Under the pieces are notes generated by a model. The model saw nothing but the letters and a program-made list of their open reading frames with translations. It had not been told where the DNA came from and made no database searches. Made by a program: the position numbers and the translations under genes. A stretch of DNA of 64,000 nucleotides, from positions 26,412,001 to 26,476,000 of the forward strand of contig NC_047016.1 of NCBI RefSeq assembly GCF_902652985.1, given 5' to 3'. Within the stretch, counting starts at the first letter, position 1. Each line of letters begins with the position of its first letter. This DNA comes from Pecten maximus. Its lineage: Eukaryota. Below are positions 13,415 through 26,400 of this stretch, piece after piece.

Positions 13415-16397
13415 ATCAACACGCAGGTCATTCTCACTCTTTCATTTGTTCCGGAAAAGCGTTATTACACTATGGACATCTGCGCATCATTCTGGTGGTG
13501 AAATATGAACACTTCCCTTAATATCTTTTACCTAATCCACACTCAACGTGTCATCTCTCTGCTATTATAACCATCAGGCTCGACGTGTTTCACTTAATTC
13601 AAGCCAACACTCAACATATTATTCTTTTTTATATCTTACATGAACTACATATAGAGACCGCGGTTTAGTTACAAGACGATGAGATCAGAGGTGTAACTGA
13701 TATTACATTCGTCGTAATTAGGAGGAAATTGATTGTAAAGATGTGAAACATATCAGCATTCGGGAAACTGCAAGTCTTGTTTATATTGTTCTATCAACTT
13801 AGGGTTTTCAAAACACGTAGAAAATTGTAAAAATGTTTATCTCTACAGAATCAAATTTAAACACAGGTAATACTGATCCTAAATGTGAAATTGAGATCCA
13901 TCACATCATAATTACCCTCCTGCCACACACAAGGCCGGCATATGTTACCATTTACTCCGGCGGTTGCGGTAGTGTTGACAAAAATGGTTTTGAAATAATG
14001 TATAGCCGTAAAATTGAGACTTGGTACTGAGGAATTTCCATCTTTATTCAGTCTGGCGATACTTTAGGGAAAAAGAACACAGAAAGGCAATATAAAACTC
14101 TAGCGAGGAGTCCATGAGAATATTACAGAAATTTCCACTATCTACGCTTTCGTCTGTGCATTCAGGGCTTCTTTATTCGCAATGTAAGTTTGTATAACAT
14201 CGCCCATAAACTGTACCGACCATACGATATGACGAAAGCAAGGAATCTCGGTTATTTGTGTTCCCTTATAGAGGTATAATGTCGAGCATATGTGAATTTA
14301 ATTCAAAATGTAAATGTAAGAAATACATTCAAGGGTTTACCTAGAGCGTTCTTGTTCATTATTACTTAACAATATCGTATTGATTGGTGCCGAGTGGCTG
14401 AGTGTCTTCATTAGAAATACACTGGTTTAGATAATGTCTAGGGTTACTGTTCTCGGTACCCGTAAAGTTACGTGTGCACTGTGAAACGGCACACTGATAT
14501 GAATTATGTATTAAGAGACTTACCAACAAAAATAGATAGCATAACGTGATTCAATCCGGACACCACCTACACAGGTCAGATGCGAAATGTTTAGATAATT
14601 CATTTGGTTTAATAAAAGAATGTTATCAACTTGAGAAAAAAATGAAGTCGTAATAAGTTAAACAACTTTTAATTCCTTGTTGTACATAGTCCTAGAGATA
14701 TCAGCTAATGTAAGGAACTTTGGTAATTTTACATATGAAGAATACCTCATGCTGCCTGTCGAGGAACCTTGATCCGTTATATGAGGACAATTTCTTAAAC
14801 AAAAATAAAGACGTTAAATGCTAACAGTCATGTTTCTTCGGATCCAAATGCAAATTTCACCAACCTAGATATTGCTTATGGAAGCACGTTTTGAATGCAT
14901 ACGATCTTTTGACATGCAAAAAATAGGTTAGGGTGTTATCGTCCTCAACAGGATAAAAACAATCGACATTCAAATGAATATCCCACGGAGGGTTCACTCG
15001 GATATAAAGTTTTAGCTTCAACTACATCTTATCTACAAACAATGCTAAAACATTTATCATATTTCGATTTCAAGTGCCAAAAAAATATTTAAACTTCTTT
15101 CTCAAGAAGGGTTTAAGAGGTAGGACAAGATCAAACGCTAGGGCTTGGCGACATATAATGTAGATCGTTGATACATATCAATCAAGGCTAGCAACCATAT
15201 AAACCTTGTGGTAATAGGTTAACTGTTCATATCTTCTACTACATACTGTTAAATATAAAATATGCCGTGTGATACACAAAAACATTCTATGCATTTGTAT
15301 GCTAATATTTAATAATATGAATATCATCATTTAAGAAACCTAAATTCCCACAAATTACATTTTGAAATTTTCTTTACGAAGTTAAATTCACTATTAGCGG
15401 AAAGTGAATGTAATGCACTCGCGAAATCATCCTTGTATTTAAATATATCCATGACGTTTGTATTGCGTTTTATCTGTAGATTTGTGCATTTACAACATCA
15501 AGACATATGTACTACGTAAACTCGATATTTGTTTATATATATGTATATACAAGCATTAGTGATAGGCTGCGAGGAGCAGTTCGGGGAACTGTGTTGTAAT
15601 AATTGCTTTATAAAGAGGGAAAAGGCGGAGGAATATAAGAGGAAATAGTGCCTTACGACATCCAACCCTTATCTACTAACGATACAGAAGCGTAATGATA
15701 AAATAGTAAAGTAGGGTTACACGAAAGCTGGGAAATAAATCCTTCTTTTTAGTCTCGATCATCAAAATTAATACGGAATTTATTCTACAACTGTTATTTT
15801 TTCTTTTTTTTCTTTTTTTGCATGACGTAACATTATTTTATGATGGGTACCTTTTGCTATCTATGAGATTTTGTGTTGGAGGTAACTTTAGTATAAGCAT
15901 CTATTCCAGTTTCTATTTACCACGCCTAGCAATTTACTTGTATTCCAATGTAAACAAATTTACTGTAAAACCAAATCCATGGCCAATAACAAACTGCCAA
16001 GGATTTATTCATGTAATCATTCTACTCTGTAATCGCCACAATCAGATACATATTCAACATATGTACGCACCCATCGGATGAAATACGATAAATACTTACC
16101 ATATGTTCTATGTTGTATATTGCGCTTAAAAATAATGTAGGGTTATATTAATCCGTTATAAAATAGAAATAACAACTTACCATTAAAAAGATGAAATAAC
16201 GATTCTGACTTTCAAGCAGGGCTCGACAACCCTTTTGTAAGAAAATCCAGATGAGTATAGCTCTTTTTGACAATTAATCCCAACACGAAAATATCTTTAA
16301 ATTATGAGCATACTTATATTTTGTGATCCTATTTTTCATCTTCAGGTTTTTTTCTTCCCATTCTAACTCCTTGTCAGACTAACCCTACTTTGTCGTT

Positions 16398-17188
16398 GGA
16401 CTGTCAACATTGCTTGGCGCAGTATGGCTTATTGTGAAGATGGACAGTCAGCACTCTGTGGCGCTGTATGGCCTTATTTTGTTAATGGACAGTCAACACG
16501 GTGTGGCCCTGTATGACCTTACTGTTGCGATAAACAGCCAGTACTATATAGCCCTGTATGGTCTTCTTTGTACATGGACAGTCAGCACTGTGTGACCCTG
16601 TATGATCTTATTATGGAGATATACATTCAACACTGTATGGTTCTGTATGACATTATGTTAAGAAAGACGTCACCACTGTTTGACCCTGTATGACCTTATT
16701 GTGTAGATGGACAGTCAGCACTGTGTGACCCTGTATGACCTTATTATGGAGATATTCATTCAACACTGTATGACAGTATTGTTAAGAAGGTAGATTGCCA
16801 CTGTTTGACCCTGTATGACCTTATTGTGTAGATGGACAATCAGCACAGTGTGACCCTGTATGACCTTATTGGGTAGAAAAACGGCCAACACTGTGTGACC
16901 CTGTATAACCTTATTGTTCAGAAAGACGTCAACACTGTATGACCTTGTATTTATGACCTTATTGGGGAGCTATACAGTCAACACTATATGGTTCTGTATG
17001 ATGATATTGTTCAGAAGGACGTCAACACTGTATGGCCCTGTAAGACCTGATTGTGCAGAAGGACGTCGAAACTGTATGGTCCTGTGTGACCCTATTGTTT
17101 AGAAAGATGCCAACACTGTGTGGCCCTGTATGACCATATTGTGTAGATGGACGTCAATACTGTGTATCCCTCTATTACCCTATGGTGA
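16398..17188. repeat. Minisatellite, 44-45 bp unit, ~18 copies
   Basis: Consensus approximately GGACAGTCAGCACTGTGTGACCCTGTATGACCTTATTGTGTAGAT. Units are contiguous, with no unique spacers. Confidence 0.92.
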
Positions 17189-20100
17189 TCACCCTTGAGG
17201 CTCGGCTGATGGTCGTGCTTAGTAATATTCGTACCACGCATGATTCAGACATTCGAGATATATAGTACAGATTCGTTGTAACCATGCATATGATGAAATA
17301 CAAGGGCGACATCACAAACGACTTGGTGGAATATTACGTTACCATCCAGATGTCAAAGCGTGACTTCCGTAGATTTTGCAGTCACGTATAGCTCAAGCGA
17401 TTACGACCTCCACATTTAGACTGGGCTTTGGTAATCTTAGGACACACACAAACATCAACAGTTTACACGTAGCCATCTGATCAGGTTCGTCCATAATAGA
17501 CATATTTGATTTGGCCATGTGCTAAGCATATGTCAACACATTTACCTGGATTAATATAAGTAGGGTATGTTCTAGGTAAACACATAATAACGGCATTTTC
17601 TTGATGAATCATGGTCAATTTATGCAGCTTTTCTTGATCCAAAATATCTGCTGTCTGCATGCTTTTAACATCATCATTACGTTCTACAGTAAGGGTGATA
17701 AACTGTTTTCCTGCATGCTACAAAGAGTATTGATACTGTAATTTAATTGATGTGATGTAGAAATAATTGGTCGTGATAAGCTTATGTGCTCGCTGGTAAC
17801 ATTGGGATAAGTTTTGGTATGACAGTACCATTAATTAAATCTTACAGTGAAACGCACACTTTATAAACAACATTCATGCATATATACGTAACGCCATCTT
17901 TGACCCTCTGTGTCCAATTCGTTTTTAAACACATGAATTAGGCTCGCGTATTTCCGCTATCTCAAAAGTAGTCATTATAATAAAGTATATAGCGTGTTTA
18001 CTTGCCAGTACAAAGTATGATTAAGCACTGTCGGCTTCTGTCAACAGGTCAAATTAATGTATTAAAATCAATTATACAAAACAAAAGAATTATCGAAATT
18101 AAATCTTTCAGGACGGTTAACGTGTCAGAAGCATATCACGGCGAGTTGAACAATCGGCATAATATATGTATTTTAGTTACACTGTCGACACCTATCCTAA
18201 ATATCGGTAAAAGTACACTGTGTCAATGAGGAAATGAATAAGATTGACAGGTTTAGGAACAACAGTATGGGTGTTACTCATATTACTCCATACTTACCCT
18301 TGCTTCATTTGTCATATCGTCACCGATCTATCTCGAAGTCTTTTGAACGATTTGCTCTTTATTAGTCAATATCCAATATAACACCGCCATAAATGACATG
18401 ATTGTTAGTAATCTAGCGAAATTGTACTGCATGATGCATGCATTCAACTTCTTTAAAATCTTCAGAAAATTACTGGAAACTGCACATCAAAATATCATTT
18501 CTTGCTGTAAACAATTACTTCTGATACTATATAATCAGATATAATAACAGGAATGATGATTATCAACTATGCAAATATTTTGCATAGTATATCTTCAATG
18601 ACATGTCTTCTATCTCTAGACACATCTGGGAAAAAATAAACCCGTTCCTTTACTGCTATAAACACGGTATTCTGTTTGTTGATATGAACACTTTACATGT
18701 CATTCAATCCAAAGTTAAACACAATCATGACAAATCTGGACTATCTGTCTGCACGCGTTCTAAAGCTTGGTCAGCTTCAACACGGGGATATATGTATTCA
18801 TTCTGGCCAGTAGTGTTTGTAGTAAAGATAATGAGGAGCAAGAAATATTGAAATGTAACAAAACCTTTATACAACACCTGTTGAGTTTTTTCTGTTCAAT
18901 AAAGATAAATAGATAAACAAAATGACCGCGTTGAAATCAAGCAGACCATGCTACAGGAAAATGGTCCATTTTAGCAAGTATCACGTCGACTTCAAAGGGA
19001 GGTAACACACTGGGCAACATACGCTACATGACGTCTTTGTCAGGTGGGAGGACGTGGCGTTATCCTAAACATGATGAATTCTGTCTTCTGCTCCAAGTCT
19101 GGACGCTGTTCTGTCCCAAACGTGATGGATATGACCGTTACCTTCAAAGCCAACACGTTGTATCCAGCGCACGACTTCAGACATTGCATAGAGAATAAAA
19201 TAAAATAATACCGCCCAGAATATGTCAGATTAGCTTTTATAAATGGGAATTCAACAGATAAGAAAAATAATAGATACACTTGTTATCAGTAAAGGTTTCC
19301 TGATGTCAGGTTCTCTAAGGTAACAATTAGAGTACGTCGATGTGACTATGTTTTATTGTGTGTTAAAATGCAACAGTCGACTTTGAGTGAAATAAAGTAC
19401 AATGTTTTTTTTTCCCCAGTTGTAAACCACTTCATAGAAATCATAGACATTCAATACATTTGCAGGACCATGTTCTCATTGTAATTGGGCGGACGTTGCT
19501 TTGCTGTCTCTGTGTCTGATAATTTGATATACAATATACAGGACACTTACAGAAAGTTCACGAAGGGTTGTTGAATACCATGTGTTATTATGTCTTAACT
19601 GCAAATTAATATTAATTATGAATAGTTTCCCTAATTAATTTTGAATTCAATTATAAATTTGCTGCTTTAATTAAGCTTAAGAATTTCATTAATCAAATAA
19701 TGTCTTCAAAGCAAGGTCACGGGATAAATTCAAGGCTGGTTGTCGCATCATGCAATTCTACTTCCGCGAAAAAAGATCAATTGAACGCGCCCCGAGAGTG
19801 CCATACGAATGCAGCCCACATCAGGCCCGCATTGAATAAGTCACGCAATGAGTGTCAAGGTGAATTCTCAGTGGTTCGTTCTGTATCTTGGTGAACTCTC
19901 GATGTACTCTGGCCCACGTTATCGTAACACACGCCTTCGGAAAAGACATGTTGCAACTTCTTCCCGTATTCGGCTCGTGTTTCATTCAAACTATTCTCTG
20001 AAATCAACTCATTTCCCTTTTTTAATCCTTGTAACAATATTTGTTATTATTCCCCATTTGACAGTTTCACTTCTGTGTAATTGTGTTGTATTGATATTTC

Positions 20101-21530
20101 TCCTTTATTGTGCTGATCTTAATTTACAAATTTCGCGCCTGACACGTTTTGTTTTTGACACAGCGTACTTCAAATGTGCTGGAAGAATCAAACTCAACGC
20201 TGATTTACAAAGGAATGGCATATGCTATTGAACTTAACAAAATTATAAAACGGATAATATATACCAACACCCACACAGTTGTGCAGACTGGTACGGAAGT
20301 CACTCGATGGTAGTTAACAAGACATAAACACGATCGAGCAGACTTCGTCAGTTCAAATTGTTACCGAACCACAGGAATTTATAAAAAAACATAATTTGTC
20401 CCTCAGTCACCAGTTTAAGTAGCACGCCACCTTCAGTGCCACCGATTCCTCATTGTTTGTATTACACAACTAGAGGTGACCTAATGTCGACTAGCTGTCC
20501 TTCGGAATATAGGAGAGTTGATCATCGCCAAATTAATCATCTTCAAAGTCATTCATCATTTCATGTAATTAAGGCTTTCTATATGTTCATATCTCTAAAA
20601 TGTGTTTCTTATAAAATGTATGTTTACAAATCCACAAATATGTATTCATTTGAAACAGGTCACATAACATTGTATCTAACACTAGAAAATACCACCTGAG
20701 GCAAAATCCCTCAGAGTTTACATGTTTAAAATGTAAATGTTATAAATGCATACGAATCAATCACAGACAGATAGGCCACCATATCTCTAGTTGTTGGGAA
20801 TGTAACTTAACATGTCATCGCATGTGTCATCTTCTCAGTGCATTATTAGCTTAACAAGATCAGAATAAATTTTATTTAGTATGTAACCTTCGTCTATGCT
20901 AAGTTGCAAGTGCTTAGATCCACCGGTTCAACTGGTTTACATAAGTCTATTTCTAGAGAGGGTTTATAAATTATATGAATGTTTGTTATTGGTGTTATCG
21001 AATAAACACGATTCTATTGAAATCTCATATCAATGCTAGAGACATCCATCTGTGTCCTTGAACTCGTATCAATTCAATCTAATTTAATAAGGATTTCATA
21101 TAATTTAGAAATCGTCGGTGTTGATCTTCTTCAAAAGTCACATTATTGGTTTCTTTTTATTCCAGCTAATTTGAGATATTATATAAAATTTAGCTCCGTC
21201 ACTATGACACAGTGTAAAGGAGTCTATATTTAGAAAAATTTCATATGAATACCTTCTATTCTATAAAACACAACACATCAGATCCTCATCCACCTGCGTC
21301 ATCTGTACCGTATCGCACACACGTTACTGCTGTGATCGGGACATTATTCCCTCTAATTGTAAAGATCATCACTGATCTAGATAGTCCTGCTCTAGATAAC
21401 AACTTACGTGCTAGACAAGTTTAGATTAATGATGTCTAATAAAACAAGTTCAAACATCAGAGGCTCTCAACATCAAACAATTACAAAATTTAGAATGTTA
21501 GAAATACCAATGTATGACTTTAAAGAGGGT

Positions 21531-22146
21531 TATATGTTTTGGTGTATGGTTAATGGGTAATAGAGGTTTTGTTTATAATGATTTCGTGTATGATGGATAA
21601 TAGAATTTTATCATATTTTGTGTATGATGTTTGTTAGTGGATAATATATGATTGTCATGTGTTAATTGATGGGTAATAGAGTTTTGTTTACAACATTTTG
21701 TGTTTTATGGCTAATAGAGTTTTGTTTATCACATTTTATGTTTGGTAGGTAATAGAATTTTGTTTATCAAATTTTGTGTTTGGTGGGTAGTAGAATTTTG
21801 TTCATCATACTTTGTGTTCAATGGGTAATATGTATTTGTTTATCATATTTTGTATTTGTTGTGAAAAAGGATTTTATTTATCGTATTTTGTATTTGATGG
21901 GTAATAGCGTTTTTTTCATGTTTTGTGTTTGGTGGGTAATAGAATTATGTTAATCAAATTTTGTGTTTGGTTGGTAATAGAATTTTGTACATCATATTTT
22001 GCATTTGATGGGTAATAGAGTTTTTTTCATCATGTTTTGTGTTCAATAGGAAATATTATTTTTCATCTTTGTATTTGGTTGATAATAGAGGTTAACATTT
22101 GTTTAAAATATTTTATACGATGATAATTTTTTGTTTTGGGTAATAT
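21531..22146. repeat. G/T-rich minisatellite, ~38 bp unit, ~15 degenerate copies
   Basis: The GGGTAATAGA anchor recurs at 21671, 21709, 21747, 21785 and onward. Consensus approximately GGGTAATAGAATTTTGTTTATCATATTTTGTGTTTGGT. Confidence 0.88.
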
Positions 22147-23382
22147 GTACTGGTGTCCTCTTTGAGATTATAATCCATACGAAAACAAACGATATTTTCA
22201 TGTCAAGGAATCCACGTGACACGTCTTGATTAAATCCTCGTCAATTTTTACATCTCCTCTATTATGTATCGTCCTATTTCTCTGGATCTCTGGTGCGTAA
22301 AATGGGTTCATTTTTTGGAACAGTTTGCAGTCGTCAGTCATCAAATCACATCAGACATTTCAACTCCCATATCATTCTAAGGTTTCAACTAATTATACGG
22401 TTATGATATTACTAAAGAGCGATTCTTCCTTATCTTGTTCTTTGCTCTTTACCGTCATTTCTCACGACATTGCATTATTGCTGGTAACGATGAATGAATC
22501 GGCGATGTTATAAGTTACTATCTCGTTGTCATACTCATCGTAAATTATCCTGACTGTCATCTAAAACGTCATCGCATAACTAGCCGAGAACAATGTTAAC
22601 TTAATCAGACCAAAGTTTGTACTTTTAAAGGTGGAGTAATGTGTCTCCCATGGCGGAAACATTTGGCAACTCCGTCATAAAATGTAGGACTTGTTATAAC
22701 AGGTTATAATATAATACATAAACATATATGTGACCATCATCTCAATCTTGTATATTGGTAAACTTATCAGATATCATCTCGATATATTGTTCTGTAACGT
22801 TTGACGTTAACAAGTAGGTGACATCACAGTTTAACTGCTTGAAGCCCTCCAGGATACCATGTGAAAATAATATTACGCAATTATGTTTGTTGTTTCGAAT
22901 AGGAGACGATTCCTATTTATACATGGATTTATCAAATTAAAAACGTAATAACCGTGGTTTACTTTGTGCAATTCTTCAGAGAAGAATTCAATATTCCATT
23001 GAGAAACTTGATCGTCTAAAATACACACTGTGCGATATAACAACTATGCGTTTTCTTAGTTTGATATATGCCTCGTTTCACCTCTGTATATTATTTGACA
23101 CTGGTATTCTGCCGTGGCTGTAATATCCGGCGATCTCAGAATTAGGATCAAATGTCGCCACTCCTTTTATCTCACATTCTCATCTATTACGACAGAAAGC
23201 TGAAACCATGATATAACGATTTAGTTTCGTACTTTTTAAACAAACTATTTGCCATCGCGCATGCCCAAACATCGCAGCGGCACTCGGCATTTATCGGGAT
23301 TTCCATTCTTTGTTAAGCATGTAACTGACAGGCGATGTCTGTTATATGTTTTCTTGTCTTTTCCCTAACAATAGATCATAGG

Positions 23383-23410
23383 TAAGTGTGGACGGCTAAG
23401 TGTGGACGGC
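23383..23410. repeat. Perfect 14-bp tandem duplication (TAAGTGTGGACGGC x2)
   Basis: Read directly: 23383-23396 equals 23397-23410. Confidence 0.9.
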
Positions 23411-26400
23411 TACTTCCTGTAGATTTACAGCCGCGAGCTGATAGACTATCCCTAGCTGGGATTACGGTATAGCTATGTTCATAACGAAGTCCTAGAAGAC
23501 CTGTCTCAAAAGCATAAACCTTCATCATAAGTTCAAACGTGATAATTTAAAAGTATTCATTTTAAATGTATTGATACTATAAACGATGAATATGCCTCTT
23601 TGTCGGGGTCCATGATATATGGTTTTTACCACAATTCAAACCAAATTACAGACATAAATAGTAAACCTTTGAATTCTTTTTTTATCAATATCTACCTGTC
23701 AAACCGAGTTATCTCCCCCAATTGCTATACTAACTACATGTATGCTAAGTCTGTTGACATAATCAGGGGATAGAGTACATACGTGACATCTTGAATTCAT
23801 TTATTAGATTTCGAGGACATAATCTTGTTCCATCAGACGCTTTAACAAGTGTGAATTTGTCATCGCTGACAAGTGCATCATCTTAATTGAAACATATTGG
23901 GACTTTAGAGGAAATAGGAAAGTGTACGTTGTAATACAGGAAAACCAGACGGTAGTTGGTCCATATTCTTTTGAGTGTTGACAAATATGTCACATTCTGT
24001 TATCAAAGTGTAGGGAAATTAAATTCTGAGTGCTGATCTAAAGTCCGGTTGAAAGCAATACTGTTAAACATATCTGATTGATATGTCTATCAACCCGAGA
24101 AATACAGCCAAACGGTGAATTATCACAGAAGATCTTGTTAATCGAAGTTTTTAATCACAAATGATTAAATAATTACCATTTTTTCTCAAATTGTTCTCAT
24201 GATAGGCTTAAAGCTGTTATCACTCTAATTTTCAATTATCAACTCGTGAGTGACACGTGATTTAAAGCCACTGTATACTACATGTATTCCTATTTGCAAT
24301 GACATTCTCACGTGTGATTTAATGCTGTTTTAAAATTCATGACATTAAATATGGTTTCCTTTTAACAGGAATACGTATCAATTTGCAAAATCTATTATGC
24401 TGTCTGAATAATAATTTTATTCAATTCTTATCATGTAAAACTATACAAAGTAATCTGAATTTAGCATCTAGACCGGCCTTAGAGTGTCCGGATTTTATTA
24501 TATTCTCTGATAAGGTTTAAACCATGTTTTCTGTGCTTACGAACATATGTTGACAGCCTTACCTCGGCTTTAGAAGTGCTTTCTCGTGAAGAAAAAAAGA
24601 TATCAATATACAACTTATCTTCATTTCAATTAAAAAATGATTCGTATCAAAATATACATTTCTCTATTTCTTGTCAGTTTTCATTTTCTTTCGATAACGC
24701 AGAAATGTAGTTACGTGTGATACGGTTTCTCGCATCTTACCACACTCTAATACTCCCGTGGCATGTTAAGATGATCCTTTCAAAAATAATTGACGTAAAC
24801 GATGTGATTTCTCTAGTCTCTTATGATATTATTTTGGGCTGGATAAAAACTATTCAATAAACGAGAGCATTAACGTCGGCCCATTTAACACAGTGATGTA
24901 TTATGTAGCATGAGTTAGCAATATATATGTTAACAAACAAAGCTAAATCGAGAGAATCTCTCACGACAGTGATTTTAAACGAAAATGTAAGCTTAATAAA
25001 TCTTCATAAAATTTGATATTTCTTCCATATTTTTTCAATTGATAGCATCTTTAGATTTTCTTTATCCTTTTATCCAAATACATAACTTTGTGACAATGGT
25101 CATATTCTTCAATATCACAAATCAATGGATAATTTAATGTTAATAAAGTAGATGTTTAGTAAGACCAAGCTTACAATATATAAAGATCGCCTTTTCAATA
25201 CTAGTTTACATTACTTATACAAATATATACTGTTTATAACAATAATACTTAACAAACACATTGTCCATATGTTTTAACCAGGAGACTGGCCTGAAGATAT
25301 TTACATTCGTAAATCGGGTAAATTTTATAAATTCACTTCTCAATAGAAATAAATCTTTAAAATATAAACATGCTATTCATTTATTAAGCTGTATTGAAGA
25401 CAACAAGTATTATTACAGGTGAACGGTAACAAAAGGCCTTTGTTAAATCCGTACCTAGGTACCCTGATAGAAATCGGAACATGCCCTTAATAATTAGGTA
25501 TATGATACATTCCACAAACATTCATGTTATCACCTCTCAGACAAAAGCGAAATGATAGATTTGCAATCAAGACATGCATTTACCAATCTTTATTGGTGAA
25601 TTGGGACAATGAAAAGCAGTTTTACAGTAAGAATTGAAATTAAAAAAACCCGCCGATTTAAAAGTGTTGAAATTTATGCTTGTTTTTTCAATGATCATAT
25701 TTGGACGTTTTTGATACAGTACCTTTAACTATGTATCGCGTTACCCTTGCTTTTATTAAAAAAAAACCCAACAAGGCTTTATTTGAATAGATTTATAATT
25801 AGAATTTATTGATATATATCAAGTTGTGATTTGACAAATCTATATATGTACAAGGCCAAAACGATACATTACAGAAATTAGTCAGAGTGCGGTTACGATA
25901 AATGATTTGCTGGTTAATTATTACGAAGCAAATTATAAGAAATTGTTTTGGCACGGTTACCTATATCTGCTTCAACTCGGCCAGTGTTTTTGTTGACTAT
26001 TTAGAGAAACATAATAGCCTGTAGTCCTCGATGATTACGTGACCATTAATCCATGCTTCCATTAAATGTATAGTGTCTAGAAGGTGGACACTACGTGTTA
26101 AAATAGGTCATCTTCATCAAATACAACAATGATATCAAATGTGTAAATTGCATAAATAATTATTTCACGGGACAACAAAAATCATTAACTGTATTAAAAA
26201 GTTTAGCCTATAATGAACTGCATGTGTATCAATATGAATGCAGAACAACTCATGAGTTAGTGTCAAACATACAACATTTCGTTACGTTACTGAACAAAAA
26301 TGTCATCCAATTAGGCCTGAATGATAGCCAAGGGTCCATTCCGTCATGTACAGACATCGCCGGAAGCAAGAATGTTATAAGTAGCCAAATCGTAATTGTA

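Noticed and set aside
14386-14535. Possible degenerate tRNA-SINE (A-box-like GCCGAGTGG)
   Set aside because: No clear B-box or recognisable core; too decayed to call without a repeat library.
16398-17188. CRISPR-array interpretation of this and the other tandem repeats
   Set aside because: Units are contiguous with no unique spacers, no cas genes are present, and the context is a eukaryotic intron.
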